This document shows, piece by piece, positions 46,216-61,699 of a stretch of DNA of 64,000 nucleotides (positions are counted from its first letter, which is position 1; every line of letters starts with the position of its first letter). Below the pieces are notes generated by a model that ran no database searches, was not told where the DNA came from, and saw nothing but the letters and a program-made list of their open reading frames with translations. The position numbers and the translations under genes were made by a program. Source of the stretch: the human T2T-CHM13v2.0 reference genome, Homo sapiens; the NCBI RefSeq assembly GCF_009914755.1, contig NC_060926.1. The stretch is one strand, 5' to 3'.

Positions 46216-49200
46216 GCCAGTGTGTAGAGTATGAATTTATGTGGTGGGCCCCTAAGCATTTGTCTGGACTTTGGTGTGTGAATTTAGAGGCTGGCAGCTG
46301 TGTGATGATGTTTGGGTTTTGGGTTGGGCTGACGGTGAACATGTACCTCACATATGGTCGAAGCCAACTGTAGATAAGTACCTTGCCTTCTCAGGGTTGC
46401 TGTTCCTTAAAGGGCTACTTGGAATTGAGATCCAGGGTTGCATTTAGACCTTTCAAAAGTACTAAAATTAATGGAGCAGTGAAATATATTGAGAGAGGTA
46501 AAGAGAATTACTGGGACCTTAATAATAAATTCAGGCTGACCATTCTCAGGGAAAATTTCTCCCTCAAACCTCTGACTTTCTAGTTTCTAATTCTAGCTTC
46601 TGAGTTCAGATGGCTTCAAGAGACTAAATTCAAAGGCAACTCAGAGGTTTGCACTGCATCTTCAACTGTCAGCAGCTCTGGAATGCACTTGGAAGGGAGG
46701 GTGGAGAATCAGGGTCACCTTACAGTTTTGAGGGCCCTGTGAAGCTAAAGGTGAGGTCTGGGCTGGGGGTGAGGGTCACTGAGCTCTGGAGTGGGCTCTG
46801 CTGGGTGACCGTGGACAGGTAGGTGTTGCCGGTCTTCAGCATCTCATCCACAAACCAGAGTGTTGTTGGGGTGGGTTCCCCAAGACCCTTTTAGGGTGGC
46901 AGTGTTGGGATTGCGGGCTGGCAGCTGCCTGTGGTTTCAGACAAGAGGGAGAATTCCCAGAAGCATTTTTGCTCCTTTTCTACCACTTTGAAAAGTTTTG
47001 AAATGTGGTTTCTGGAAAAATGACCAAGTGCTCCTAATGGACAAGGTCCTATACTTTTTAGGCAACTGATACATGTTCACAAAATTAATAATTTTCCATA
47101 AAGGTATGTGTTTTCAGGTGTTTGGGGCTGGGTTAAAAGACATCATAAAATTCACTAGCTTCTTCCAGACACTTCTCAACCCTGCATTGAAAGCTACTCG
47201 CAACATCCCATGAGGCAGGTACTATTAATGTTATCCTTCCTTTCCCAAATGAGACAGAGGCACTGCAAGGTTAAGCTATGGAGGCCTACCTGCTTCACCC
47301 AGTGCTAGTTTCTCTTCTCTTGGATTCCCAAGGTCTTGGTTACAGAAGATCTCTTTCTTGATCTAAGGATATGCTGATGTGAAAATACATTGTTTTTTGA
47401 GGGAGAAGCAAATTCTCAACAGATTCCAGGTAATGACAAAATCCTGTCCCTCCACCCTGCAGGAAAAGCCCTAGGGATGAAGTGGCTCTGACATCCAAAC
47501 TGTGGAGCCAGCTTCCTGGTGGCAGGGAGAGCTTGGATGTGGGGCAAGCCCAGTGAAACTTTGATTCAGTGAAACCTTTGGTTTCAGGGCTTTCTAGTGA
47601 TATTAGCACAGTGGTCTCAGGTTCCAATGATAGGTGGAGGGATTTCATCTCTCCATGGAAGACCCTTTCACACATTTATTCATATGTTATTAAGCATAAT
47701 GTTTGGAGACATTTTCTGTTAAAAAATAATCCTCAAATCCATGGAAAGGAAAAGAATCAGCACCCCTCCTAACCCCCTTTCAAAATCTTCCTCCCCTGCA
47801 GCCTAGCTATAGTTTTGTGCTCAGAGACTGACAGAGGTGTCTTGCTCCAACCGCTGCTCTTTGTTTTTCCCTCCACACAAGTTAATTTTCCCAGGGTCAG
47901 GCAGTGACAGTTCACTATGGACACAGCATTTTCCTGCAAGATATTTTCTGAAACCACCAACAGCCTTTTGGTTTTCAGGATTCTTATTTAAAGAAATTTG
48001 CATTAATAGCTCGTTGGGCCCCCTCATTTACATACATGTTTGAAAGGGCAGGAGCTTGGGGAATGCAATGAAAAAAACAAAACATGAATGCCCAGGCATT
48101 GCACGCTCCACAGAGATGCCCAAGACTATTAAAAAGTAGAAATTTAACTTCCAGTTACCTCAATGTGTTCATGTGGAGTTACAGAGGACGGGGAAAGAAT
48201 AAACACTGTTAATTTTTTCTTACCTTTGCAACTATGATAGAGAACGTTAGCATTTGGCTTCCCAAAAGAGAATAAAGTTTTTTGGGTGATGTTTTTGTTC
48301 TGGGGGTGGGGAAAACTTTGGGCATTAATGAAGATGCATTAAAGAATGAAATAAAATGTGTTCTAAGTAGCCAAAAATGTTTTGCAGCTAGTGCTGGATC
48401 TGATTTGGCCAGCACCCTGCAGGCAAGATTTCTGAGTTTACGATTCTGAAAAGATAGGCCTGTGAGTCAAAATGCAACTTCTTTTTAGCCAATGATGTTT
48501 TATATTATTTAGGAAGCAAGCTGGATTGACGACATTAGGAAGTCCTGTTGAGACAGGAATATGAGTGTGTTTTGTCTTCCATGTAGTGGATCCTGGGGTA
48601 ATTACTGAATAAGAATAACTCATTCCAAGTTTTAAAATAAAAAAAAAGAGCAAAGAATCATGTAGCCATATTTTTAAAAGAATATGAGAAATAAGATGGA
48701 AATATAAATTTTAGTGTCCTGAAGATTTCTTTAGATTTGTTGAATCTGACTTAACTGATGTCCATGGACCCTCTGTCCCCCAAGGAGTACATGTTGAGAA
48801 TTCAAAGGGCACATGAACTTGAATAGGAAAAAATAATTACATCTCTAACTGAAAATTGGCATGTCCTTTAATTATGAAGTTAGATGACAAGCCACAGTAA
48901 CATTAGCAAACCCATAATGTTGCCACCAACAAAAACCACAGCTATTTCCATAGCACATTGAAATTATTACAGATATCTCAAACTATTATTGACTTCAGTA
49001 CTTCAAAGTTCTGACACTTACTGGGCCAGCCCCTAGGTCTTGTTATAAGTACTTTAATATATAGTGATATCTGTCATTGCTACACATCCTTATATCAAAA
49101 CTTTGTTTTCTAATACTATTTTGATAACTGTCTTTCAGTGTAGTTGGTTTCCTTTATAATCCTGGGTATTTTATTTCAAGCATTGAAAAGCATTACCATG

Positions 49201-49618
49201 AGAAGTTCAGAGATTCCAGAATGCCAGAGGACATAAAACATGGAAAAATCTAAAGCTTAATCCCTTCTCTAAAGTCAGTGAGACTGGTAGGGCAGTAGGG
49301 GTGAGGGGACCTGTGGGGGAAAGGATAGAGGTGGAGGGAGGAGTGGGGAGGAGGGAGGAGGGACATAGGAGACAACCCAACCTGACCCACACATTGCCTC
49401 ACTGAGTGATCTGGGACAACTGGGTCTCTCTGAGGCTGCATGTGCTGATGTTGACTGTGACAATAATCTCGTTATTTCTAGGAGGCTCAACTACATTCTA
49501 CCTATGTACATTTCTCAAAATATCAAATTATTTTTCTTGCTAAGCTGAAGGCTGTTGGAAATGTACAGTAACTCCTAACTATATGTCCAGTCTAATAAAA
49601 AATAAAATTACCTTAGAG

Positions 49619-50141
49619 CAGGGGTCCCCAACCCCTGGGCTATGGACGGGTAATGGCCTGTTAGGAACTGGGCCACACAGCAGGAGGTGAGTGGCAGGTG
49701 AGCGAGCAAAGCTTCATCTGTATTTACAGCTGTTCCCCGTGGCTCACATTACTGCCTGAGGCCGGCCCCCTGTCAAATCAGTGGCAGCATCAGATTCTCA
49801 TAGGAGCACAAACCTTGTTGTGAACTGTGCATGTGAGGGTTCCAGGTTGTGCACTCCTTATGAGAATCTAATGCCTGATGATCTGTCACTGTCTCCCATT
49901 ACCCCCAGATGGGACTGTCTAGTTGCAGGAAAACAAGCTCAGGGCTTCCACTGATTCTACATTATGGTGAGTTGTATAATTATTTCATTATACATTATAA
50001 TATAATGGCAATAGAAATCAAGTGCACAATAAATGTAATGCACTTGAGAATCATCTCCAAACCAACCCCCCTCCCCAGGTCCAAGGAAAAATTGTCTTCC
50101 ATGAAACCAGTCCCTGGTGCCAAAAAGGTTGGGGACTGCTG
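49619..50141. mobile_element. MER1A-like hAT-Charlie non-autonomous transposon, full length
   Basis: TIRs caggggtccccaacc / ggttggggactgctg; perfect 8-bp TSD ccttagag (49611, 50142); 523 bp. Confidence 0.92.
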
Positions 50142-50311
50142 CCTTAGAGGCCTGTGAATTATTAAGACATGAACTGAAAACTACTGTATTAATTGTGTGT
50201 TGAGAAGGAACAGAAGCTGTCTTCCTTCCTTGAATCTATATTTGGACTCCCTGCACTCACTCGCCTACTGGAATCCTCCTCCTTTGTTGCTGGTAACTTG
50301 AACCATCCAGG

Positions 50312-50432
50312 TCAGTGGTTCTCAAAGTGCAATCTGTGGACCAGCACATAAGCATCACCTGGGAGCTTGTCATAAATGCACATTCTCCAGCCCAGCCTCA
50401 GGCATACTAGGAATCAGAAGCAATGGGGGTGG
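50312..50432. mobile_element. MER5A-like hAT fragment
   Basis: cagtggttctcaaagtg...agcatcacctgggagcttgt. Confidence 0.75.
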
Positions 50433-51071
50433 GCCTTTTTGATAATTATCTACTTTCTCTGGGTGACCCCTGATAATCATAGGTTTTGACCCACATGGTC
50501 CTTAGTTTGGCTTCTGTACCATCCAACTTTTTGGAATCTATCTTCAGGACTGAAAAGTCTCACTTGTCAGTGTTCTTTATCACAGCTACAGGTAAAAGTG
50601 ACTCTTAGCTGGATTACAAGAGTGGAAGGGGAAGCCTGGGGGTAGGGGTGATGTGCTTAGTGAGCAACTCATTCCCAGTTCCTTCAGCTTCCCTTTGCCT
50701 TGGGGCTCCTTTGCTCTTGGTGTTCGCCACCCCTGCCCTGCTCCAGCCCATCTCCAAGAGGCCTCCTGTTTAACACATGAAATTGGTCACAGTGGAAGTA
50801 TTTATACCATGGAAATAGCAAATGTTATACATTAAGATGTTTTTTGTTTGTTTCTAGAGAATCAGTTTATGAGCCCACTTCTGAATGAATATATTTAAAA
50901 CAACATTGGCACTTGCTAGTTTCTACGAACTAAGGAATGTCACTTCACCTCTTAGGTATCAAAAATTCAGAAAAGATAGAAAGTCTAGGTAAGAGAATGG
51001 AAGTCATCCATAATTCTACCACTCAAAGATAACTTTGATTAATGTTTTGATGAATTTCTCATCTTCCATGC

Positions 51072-51659
51072 TGTATTAGTCAGAGTTCTTCAAAGAGACA
51101 AAATGAATGGGATAGATATCTATATATTGATATAAATATAAATTAGATAGAAATATAAATATATGAGAGAGGATTTATTAGAAGAATTGGCCCGCAAGAT
51201 TATGGAGGCTGAGACGTCCCACAACAGGCTGTCTGCAATTTGGAGACCTGGCTCACGGTTCAGTTTGAATCTGAAAGCCTCAGAACCAGGGAAGCTGATG
51301 GTGTGACTCGCAGTCGGAGGACAAAGGCCTGGCAACCTGGAAGGCCACTGGTATAAGTCCTGGAGTCCAAAGGCTGGAGAACTTGAAGTTCTGATGTCTT
51401 GAGGGCAGGTAAAAAAAGAGCATCCCCGCTCCAGGAGAGAGAGGAAAGACCCTTTCTCTGCCTTTTATGTTCTCTCTAGGTTCCCAGGTGATTAGATGGG
51501 GCCCACCCACATTGAGGGCAGATCTTCCCCGTGCAGTCCAACTCACAGGCCAATCCCCTCTTGAAAGACCCCCCACAGATACACCCAGAAGGCATGCTTT
51601 ACCACTTCTCTAGGCATTCCTTCATTCAGTCAAGTAGACACTTAAAGTTAACCATCACA
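51072..51659 (-). mobile_element. MLT2 (ERVL) solo LTR
   Basis: tgtattagtcagagttct...ttaaccatcaca; TSD catgc/tatgc. Confidence 0.85.
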
Positions 51660-51667
51660 TATGCCAA

Positions 51668-52310
51668 TACTGGGGCTCATAAAACAATACCCCAAAATGA
51701 AGGCCTCAGAAAGAGCCTCAGAAGCAAAAGTTCTTCTTTACCTTCTCCTGCCTTCCTGTCCCTCAGTCCTACTCTCTCCCAAGGCTAGCCATAGGAACTA
51801 GAATCCCTCTGCCCCAACATGGGTCATAGAAACCAGAACCCCTTTTCCTCAAAGCCAGACATAAAACTTAAAAATATTACTCTAACTTTCCCCACTTCTT
51901 TCTGTGTAAAAACTCGCCATAAATAAATTATCTGACCTACCTTGTTTGGTGGAGGTCATAAGACCCCATTCCAGAGAGGGTCCTGCCCCACACCCAGAAG
52001 GAAGGCATACTGCTCAGTGAGGCCAAGAGGAATCTAGACACACAGGCCTTGCTGGGTTTCCTGGCTCAGTCTATTAGTGTTAGCTCGTACCCTTTTTGTT
52101 CAATCAATCATATTTCTACAAGGCTGCCCATACTTTGTTGAACCTAAGCATGAAAATGGACAATTTCTCTTGTATTTATGCTTCTTCATTCTGAAGGTTC
52201 CTGTGTCTATACATTAAATAAACTCGTAGGCCTTTTCTCCAATTAATCTGCCTTTTGTAGGTTGATTTTTCAGTGAAACTTTGGAGGGCCAAGGGGAAAG
52301 TTCCACTATG
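51668..52310 (+). mobile_element. MER4-group ERV1 solo LTR (MER39-like)
   Basis: tactggggctcataaaacaataccccaaa start. Confidence 0.7.
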
Positions 52311-53176
52311 CACTTACTCTATGCATTTTGTTTAAATATTTGAGATTATACAATTGGGTATCCTTTTTTCATAACAATCGTATCATAACCATTTTGCTGT
52401 GTCATTAAAATTATTTGAAAACATATTTTTTGATGGCTGTGTAATATCCCATCCTTGGGATTAAACACTTCACCTGATCGATCTGCATTATAAATAATGC
52501 TGCAATGTCTTTTTTCTTCTGCATTTCAATAGTTTTCTTGGATTATGTTCCCAGAAGAGGAATCTCTGAGTCAGTTTTTGAGGCTTAAATACATATTTAC
52601 AAATCGTTTCCCAAAATGTTTGTCCTAGTTTATATTCACGCTGATGGAGAGGGAGTACTCCTTTTGATCTTAGCCATGATGTTAGCCACATTAAGAGCTA
52701 CAGTTTAACTTAGACACCAGCATTTTGATACACATGACACACGTTGCATTTGGATGTCTATTTGTTGTCTGACAGCTTTAGAAGGGGATGGCCAAATTTG
52801 GAGTGTTACTAAAAAAAATGTGGTATCAAGACAACTGAAGGTCTTCTGGTAGAGGCTGGCCAACTTGAATAAAAATGATAGTTACATTCTTCCAATGTGT
52901 CAGTCTTTTGTAATTTAAATGCTTGCAATGAAATTTGAAATGCAGGTAGACATTTCGTATATTACTATATTGAGTAAGGGTAACTGCGATACACAATTTA
53001 TCCTGCAGCAGGAGTGGCTGGGATAATTAACTGTTATACCTTATTTATCTTTTACTGGAGACATGTAGCCCTTCTCTTCTATCCTTAGTGGTGACAGGAT
53101 GGGACTGAGAAGCAGGAATGAGGATGAGGGGATGCACCTAAGATCGTACCTTTCATTTTATTAATTAAAAATGTAT

Positions 53177-53470
53177 GGCTGGGTGTAGTGGCTCATGCCT
53201 GCAACCCTAACACTTTGGGATGCTGAGGTTGGAGGATCACGTGAGACCAGGTGTCTGAGACCAGTCTGGGCAACAGGGAGACTCCTCTCTCAAAAAAAAA
53301 AAAAAAAAAAAAGTCAGGTATGATGGTACCTGCCTGTAGAGGCTGAGGTGGGAGGATTGTTTTGAGCCCAGAAGGTTGAAGCTGCCGTGAGCCATGATCA
53401 TGTCACTGTACTCCAGCCTGGGCGGCATAGTGAGACCCTGTCTAAAAATAAAATAAAATAAAATAAAAAC
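53177..53470 (+). mobile_element. Alu (AluJ-like)
   Basis: Dimeric Alu with expanded central poly(A) and (AAAAT)n tail. Confidence 0.88.
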
Positions 53471-54218
53471 AGCAGCACCTTTATGGTTTTATCCTTATTA
53501 TGAAAGGAATATATGCTCATTGTAGGTGATTTTAAAAATATAGACAATTTAAAATAAATATTACTTATTAGTTGTTTTCTTCCAGTCTTTTTTCTATGCA
53601 CATGTATATGTATATAGTTTTAATATTTTGCATATATTATTTTAAACCAAAAAGGCATGCTGTGTATGCTGTTGTACACTCTCCTGTTTTGATTCTCCCC
53701 TTTTACTTCCCTTAAACTAAATAGACTTTAAATGCCTTTCTATGTTATTTAATAGCCCTCTAAACATCCTTTTAAATGTCTTCCAGGATTCTATATTTGG
53801 ATATACTATTTTTATTTAAGCCATCCCTTATGGTGGGACACTTTTGCATCATGTGTTTTACATTATTGTCAATAATACTTGTTATCCCTGAACTCTGAGT
53901 TTTATAGCTAGCAGACTTGTTTGGGAACAGTTCAGAAAGAAGCTGACTCAGTCTTAGAAGGTCTCGGCTGACCAGCTCTAGTATGGATTATTGCTCCTGT
54001 CTGTCCTATTTCTTCTTTCCTCTCTGATTGTTCTCTTTTCCTTTCATAGGCCTGTGACAGAGGGAAGTCTAGAGCTCTCCATCTTCCCCCAGCTCACTTT
54101 GTCTTGCTCTTCATCTCAGGAGGCCACAAGGCCTGAAACTGAGATCATTGATGTCATGCTGGCTCCTCTCCTTGCTTGTTAAAAATAATCAGGGACACAG
54201 TTAAAGAATAAGATAGTA

Positions 54219-54590
54219 CAGATGCTCCTCAACTTATGATGGGGTTATGTCCTGAATGTCCTGATAAACCCATCATAAGTGAAAATATTGTGTCAAAAAT
54301 ACATTTAATAAACCTAACCTACCGAACATCACAGTTTAGCCCAGCCTAATTTAAACGTGCTCAGAACGCTTATATTAGCCTGCCGTTGGACAAAATAATC
54401 TAACACAAAGCTTATTTTATAATAAAGCATCAAATATCTCATATAATTTATTGAATACTCTACTGAAAATGTAAAATAGAATGATCGTATAGGTACTCAA
54501 AATATGTTTTATACTGAACAAGTATCAATTTTGCACCATCATGAAGCTGAAACATCATAAGTGGAACCACAATAAGTCAGGGACCGCCTG
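54219..54590. mobile_element. MER47A-like Tigger (TcMar) non-autonomous transposon
   Basis: cagatgctcctcaactta...taagtcagggaccgcctg termini with TA duplications. Confidence 0.8.
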
Positions 54591-55217
54591 TACTGTGAGG
54601 ATTAGAACAAGGGGTTACTCACCTTACCCTTGCCAACTTCCCAATTCTCTATAATTTCCCAGAGGTGCATTGTAATTTCTACAATTAATTTTAATTTTTG
54701 TGGATGCATAGTAGGTGTATGTATGGGGTACATGAGATGTTGTGATACAGGCCTGCAATGAGTAATAATCACATCATGGAAAACGGGGTATCCATCCCTT
54801 CAAGTATTTATTCTTTGTATTACAAACAATCCAATTATACTTTTTAAGTTATTTTTAAATGTACAATTAAATTATTATTGGCTATAGTTGCCCTGTTGTG
54901 CTAGCAAACCCTAGGCCTTATTCATTCTTTCTATTTTTTTGGTACCCATTAACCATCCCCACCTTCCCCTCTCCTTCCTACCTTCCCTCTGGTAACCCTT
55001 CTTCTGCTCTCTAGCTCCATGAGTTCAATTGTTTTGATTTTTAGATTCCCCCAAATAAGTGAGAACATGTGATGTTTGTCTTTCTGTGCCTGGCTTATTC
55101 CACTTAATGTAATGAACTCCAGTTCCATCCATGTTGTTGCAAATGACAGGATCTCATTCATTTTTTGTGGCTGAATAGTACTCCGTTGTGTATAAGTACC
55201 ACATTTTCTGTATTCAT

Positions 55218-55574
55218 TGCATTAGTTTGCTCTCACACTGCTAATAAAGACATACCCAGGACTGGGTAAGTTATAAAAGAAAGAGGTTTAATTAACTCAT
55301 AGTTCCATATGGCTGGAGAGGCCTCAAAGTCATGGCAGAAAGTGAAGGGGAAGCAAAACACATCTTACATGGCAGCAGGCAAAAGAGAGCTTGTGCAGGG
55401 TAACTCCCATTTAGAAAACCATCGGTTCTCATGAGACTTATTTACTACCACAAGAACAGTATGGGAGAAACGGCCCCCATAATTCGCTTATCTCCACCTG
55501 GCCCCACCCTTGACACATGGGGATTATTAAAATTCAAGGTGAGATTTGGGTGGGGACACAGCCAAACCATATCA
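55218..55574 (-). mobile_element. THE1 MaLR solo LTR
   Basis: tgcattagt...ggggacacagccaaaccatatca; 5-bp TSD ttcat/tccat. Confidence 0.9.
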
Positions 55575-57157
55575 TCCATTTATCTGTTGACAGACACTTA
55601 GGTTGCTTCCAAATCTTGGCTATTGTAAACAGTGCTCAAACAAACTTGGGAGTGCAGATATCTCTTTGATATACTGATTTCCTTTTTGGGGGTATATATT
55701 CAACAGTGGGATTGCTGGATCATATGGTAGCTTATTTTTAGTTTTTTGAGGAACCTCCAAACTGTTTTTCATGGTGGTTGTACTAATTTACATTCCCACC
55801 AACAGTGTAAGAAGGTTTCCTTTTCTCCATATCCTCACCAGCATTTGTTATTGCCTGTCTTCTGGATAAAAGCCATTTTAACTGGAGTGAGATGATATCT
55901 CATTGTAGATTTGATTTGTGTTTCTCTGATGATGAGTGATGTTGCATACCTTTTCTTATGCCTGTTTGCTATTTGTATGTCTTCTTTTGAGAAATGTCTA
56001 TTTAAATCTTTTGTCCATTTTTAAATCAGATTATTAGATTATTTCCTATAGAGTTGTTTGAGTGCCTTATATATTCTGGTTTTTAATCCCTTGTCAGATG
56101 GGTAGTTTGCAAATATTTTCTCCCATTCTGTGGGTTGTCTCTTCACTTTGTTGATTGTTTCCTTTGCTGTGCAGAAGCTTTTTAACTTGATATCATCCCA
56201 TTTGTCCATTTTTGGTTTGGTTGCCTCTGCTTATAGGGTCTTACTCAAGAATTTTTTGCCCAGACCAATGTCCTGGAGATTTTCCCCAATGTTTTCTTCT
56301 AGTAGTTTCATAGTTTGAGGTCTTAGTTTTAAGTCTTTTATCCATTTTGATTTGATGTTTGTATTTGGCAAGAGATAGGGGTATAGCTCCATTCATCTGC
56401 ATATGGATATCCAGTTTTTCCAGCACCATTTATCAATGATACTGTCTTTTCCCCAATGTCTGTTCTTGGCACCTTTCTTGAAAATGAGTTCACTGTAGGT
56501 GCATGGGTTTGTTTCTGGGTTGTCTATTCTGTTCCATTGGTCTATGTGTTTTTATACTAGTACCACGCTGTTTTGGTTACTATAGCTCTGTGGTATAATT
56601 TGAAGTCAGGTGATATGATTCCTTCAGTTTTCTTCTTTTTGCTTAAGATAGCTTTGGGTATTTTGGTTTTTTTGTGGTTCCATATAAATTTTAGGATTAT
56701 TTTTTCTATTTCTGTGAAGAATGTCATTGGTATTTTGATAGGAATAGCATTGAATCTATAGATTGCTTTGGGTAGTATAGACATTTTAACAGTATTGATT
56801 TTTCCAGTCCATAAACATGAAATAGATTTCTATTTTGTAAATGTTGTCTTCCATTTCTTTCATCAGTGTTTTACAGTTTTCCTTATAAAGATCTTTCCCT
56901 TCTTTGGTTAATACTTAGGTATTTAATTTTATTTATGGCTATTGCAAATGAGATTACTAATTTACATTCCCAACAACAGTGTAAGAAGGTTCCCTTTCCC
57001 CACATCCTCACCAGCATTTGTTATTGCCTGTCTTTTGGATAAAAGCTATTTTAACTGGAGTGAGATGATATCTCATTGTAGTTTTGATTTGCATTTCTGT
57101 GATGATCAGTGATGTTGCATACCTTTTCTTATGCCTGTTTGCCATTTGTATGTCTTC

Positions 57158-59140
<1,983 letters not shown>

Positions 59141-60383
59141 TTGTGTGTCTTTTCTTGAGAAATTTCTAATTAAATTTTTCCTCCACTTTTAAATCAGATT
59201 ATTAGATTATTTCCTATAGAGTTGTTTGATTACTTTTTAATTTCTTTTTCAAATTGTTCACTATTGGTATATAGAAATGTTACTGATTTTCATATGCTGA
59301 TATTGTATCCTGCAACTTTACTGAATTTATCAGTTCTAATAGTTTTTTGGTGGATTCTTTAGGTTTTTCCAAACATAAGCTCAAATCATTTGGAAACAAA
59401 GATAATTTGACTCCTTCCTTTCCAATTTGGATGCCTTTTCTTGCTTTCTCTTATCTGATTTCTCTAGCTAGGACTTTCAGTATTATGTCGAATAATAGTG
59501 GTGAAAGTGGGCATCTCTGTCATCTTCCAGAGCTTAGAGGAAAGGCTTTCAGTTTTTCCCTATTCAGTATGATACTAGCTGGTGGTCTGTCATATATGGC
59601 TTTTATTATGATGAGGCATGCTCCTTCTATACCCAGTTTTTAGAGGGTTTTTATTATGAAGAGAGTTGAGCTTTATTAAATGCTTTTTAAGCATCAATTG
59701 AAATGACTATATGGTTTTTGTCCTTCATTCTGATGATATGATGTATCATGTTGATTGATTTGTGGATGTTGAACCATTTTTGCATCCCAGGGATGAATCC
59801 CATTTGGTAATAATGAATGAACTTTTTAATATGTTGTTGAATTCAGTTTGCTAGTATTTTGTTGAGAATATTTGCACCAATATTCATCAGAGATATTGGC
59901 CTGTAGTTTTTTTTGTTTTGTTTTTTTTTTTAATGTATCTTTGTCTGGTTTTGGTATTAGGGTATTACTGGCCTCATAGAATGAGTTTGAAGGTAGTCCC
60001 TCTTCCTCTATTTTTCAGAATAGTTTGAGTAGGATTGGTATAAGTTCTTCTTTAAATATTTGGTAGAATTCAGCAGTGAAGCCATCTGGTCCAAGGCTTC
60101 TCTTTACTGGGTGACTTTTTAGTACAGCTTCAATCTCATTACTTGTTATTCATCTGTTCAAGTTTTGGATTTCTTTCTGGTTCAATCTTGGTGGGTTGTA
60201 CGTTTTAGGAATTTGTCCATTTCTTCTAGATTTTCTGATTTATTGGGATATAGTTGATCCTTTAAATTTCTGCAGTATCAGTTGTATATCTCCTTTTTTA
60301 TTTCTGATTTTATTTGGATCTTCTCTCTTTTTTTCTTCATTAGCCTGGCTAAAGGTTTGTCAGCGGTTTTTTGTTTTTTTTTT

Positions 60384-60708
60384 CGCAGTTGCAAGATTTA
60401 ATAGAGTGAAATAGAGTGAAAACAGCTCCCATACAAAGGGAGGGGACTCAAAGAGGGTAGCCATTGCCGGCTCGAATGCCTGGGTTTATATCCCAATCAT
60501 TGTCCCTCCCGCTGTGCTCTCAGGCAATAGATGATTGGCTATTTCTTTACTTCCTCCTTTTGCCTAATTAGCATTTTAGTGAGCTCTCTGATTGGTTGGG
60601 TGTGAGCTAAATTGCAAGCCCCATGTTTAAAGGTGGATGTGGTCACCTTCCCAGCTAGGCTTAGGGATTCTTAGTCAGCCTAGGAAATCCAGCTAGTCCT
60701 GCCTCTTA
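60384..60708 (-). promoter_or_regulatory. LTR17 U3-R of HERV-W (two CCAAT boxes, ATGCTAAT, TATAAA, ATTAAA poly(A) signal)
   Basis: Minus strand begins TAAGAGGCAGGACTAGCTGGATTTCC after the PPT (60709-60720); CCAAT 60591 and 60534; TATAAA 60485-60490; ATTAAA 60397-60402. Confidence 0.9.
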
Positions 60709-60766
60709 GTACCCCCTCTCAACAGGAAAACCTAAGTGCTATTGGGGAGGTTGGCCGATGACCACT

Positions 60767-61699
60767 CTAACTGCTTCCTGCTAAATTGGGGCATAGTAGG
60801 GGCTGTGCAGTTGAGATTTCCTCGGGAGGGGTGCCTTCGATGTCTTTAACATCAAAGCATGGGCTAGCAGGCTGGTCCAGGGGTCTGCAGTAGATCTTAG
60901 TCATGGACTGCATCTGGGGCTCCATTTGAAGAATCATTTGTAGTTTTACAGCTTCGATTCTGGAAGAGACAAACTTAACAAGGAGGTTAAAGATACAGGG
61001 TCCAAAGAGGAGTAGCAATATTATAGCTGCTAGAGGTCCTAAGAAGGGGAGAATCCAGGGCATCCATTGGCTGAGGAGGCCCCAGGGTCCCGTGTTTTGA
61101 AGCTCCTCTGCTCTACGTTGTATTCTATCTCGAATTTCTTTAACTTTCTCGGTGATGATTCCAGATTGATTAACATAATAACAGCATTCTTCCCCTAAAA
61201 ATAAACAGGTTCCCCCTCTTTTGGCGGTTAGCAAGTCTAAAGCTCTTCGATTTTGAAGGACTACTGCTGCTAGGGAGTTAAGTTGATCTTGCAAGGTGAC
61301 CAGGGATTCGGTGACCCGTTCCATGTCACCATTTAGTTCTTGAGATAGTTTGTAGTAGAACTGAGTAGAGGTTGTGATACTGCCAATTAGTCCACCTAGT
61401 ACTCCTGCTCTGATAACAAAAGGAAGAATGGGTACTCTTTTGTTGCGGGGCTTAGGTATGACATGATTGTATAAATCTTGTTCAGTGTAGATGGTCATAG
61501 GGGACAGTAAGAATGAGAGGAAACACACAGATTCTGAAGAGCCATTCAAACAACGATAAGCTGAGGTACCACAGACAAAAAATATTCCTAAGGGTAGGCA
61601 GACTATTCGTGTGGGAGGAGTTACCCACCTGATGGATTGGGAGTTGGTTGTGTCTATAGTATTGCTAAATTTTACACAGGTGAGGTCAGGATCAGTCAA
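60767..61699 (-). CDS. Open HERV-W env 3' half (syncytin-1-like; SU C-terminus plus complete TM). First ATG at 61498 gives 243 aa; translation not shown
   Basis: RNKR furin site, fusion peptide, ISD LQNRRALDLLTAKRGGTCLF, CX6CC (CLFLGEECC), TM helix, tail ending AGSS*; no signal peptide. Confidence 0.6.
   Translation of the reverse strand: MTDPDLTCVKFSNTIDTTNSQSIRWVTPPTRIVCLPLGIFFVCGTSAYRCLNGSSESVCFLSFLLSPMTIYTEQDLYNHVIPKPRNKRVPILPFVIRAGVLGGLIGSITTSTQFYYKLSQELNGDMERVTESLVTLQDQLNSLAAVVLQNRRALDLLTAKRGGTCLFLGEECCYYVNQSGIITEKVKEIRDRIQRRAEELQNTGPWGLLSQWMPWILPFLGPLAAIILLLLFGPCIFNLLVKFVSSRIEAVKLQMILQMEPQMQSMTKIYCRPLDQPASPCFDVKDIEGTPPEEISTAQPLLCPNLAGSS

Noticed and set aside
60401-60420. 10-bp tandem repeat atagagtgaa in the LTR R region
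   Set aside because: As recalled, this is part of the normal LTR17 sequence rather than locus-specific
60767-61699. Calling this syncytin-1 (ERVW-1)
   Set aside because: No signal peptide or SU N-terminus, no 5' LTR, retains the LQMI 12 nt, and has processed-pseudogene hallmarks
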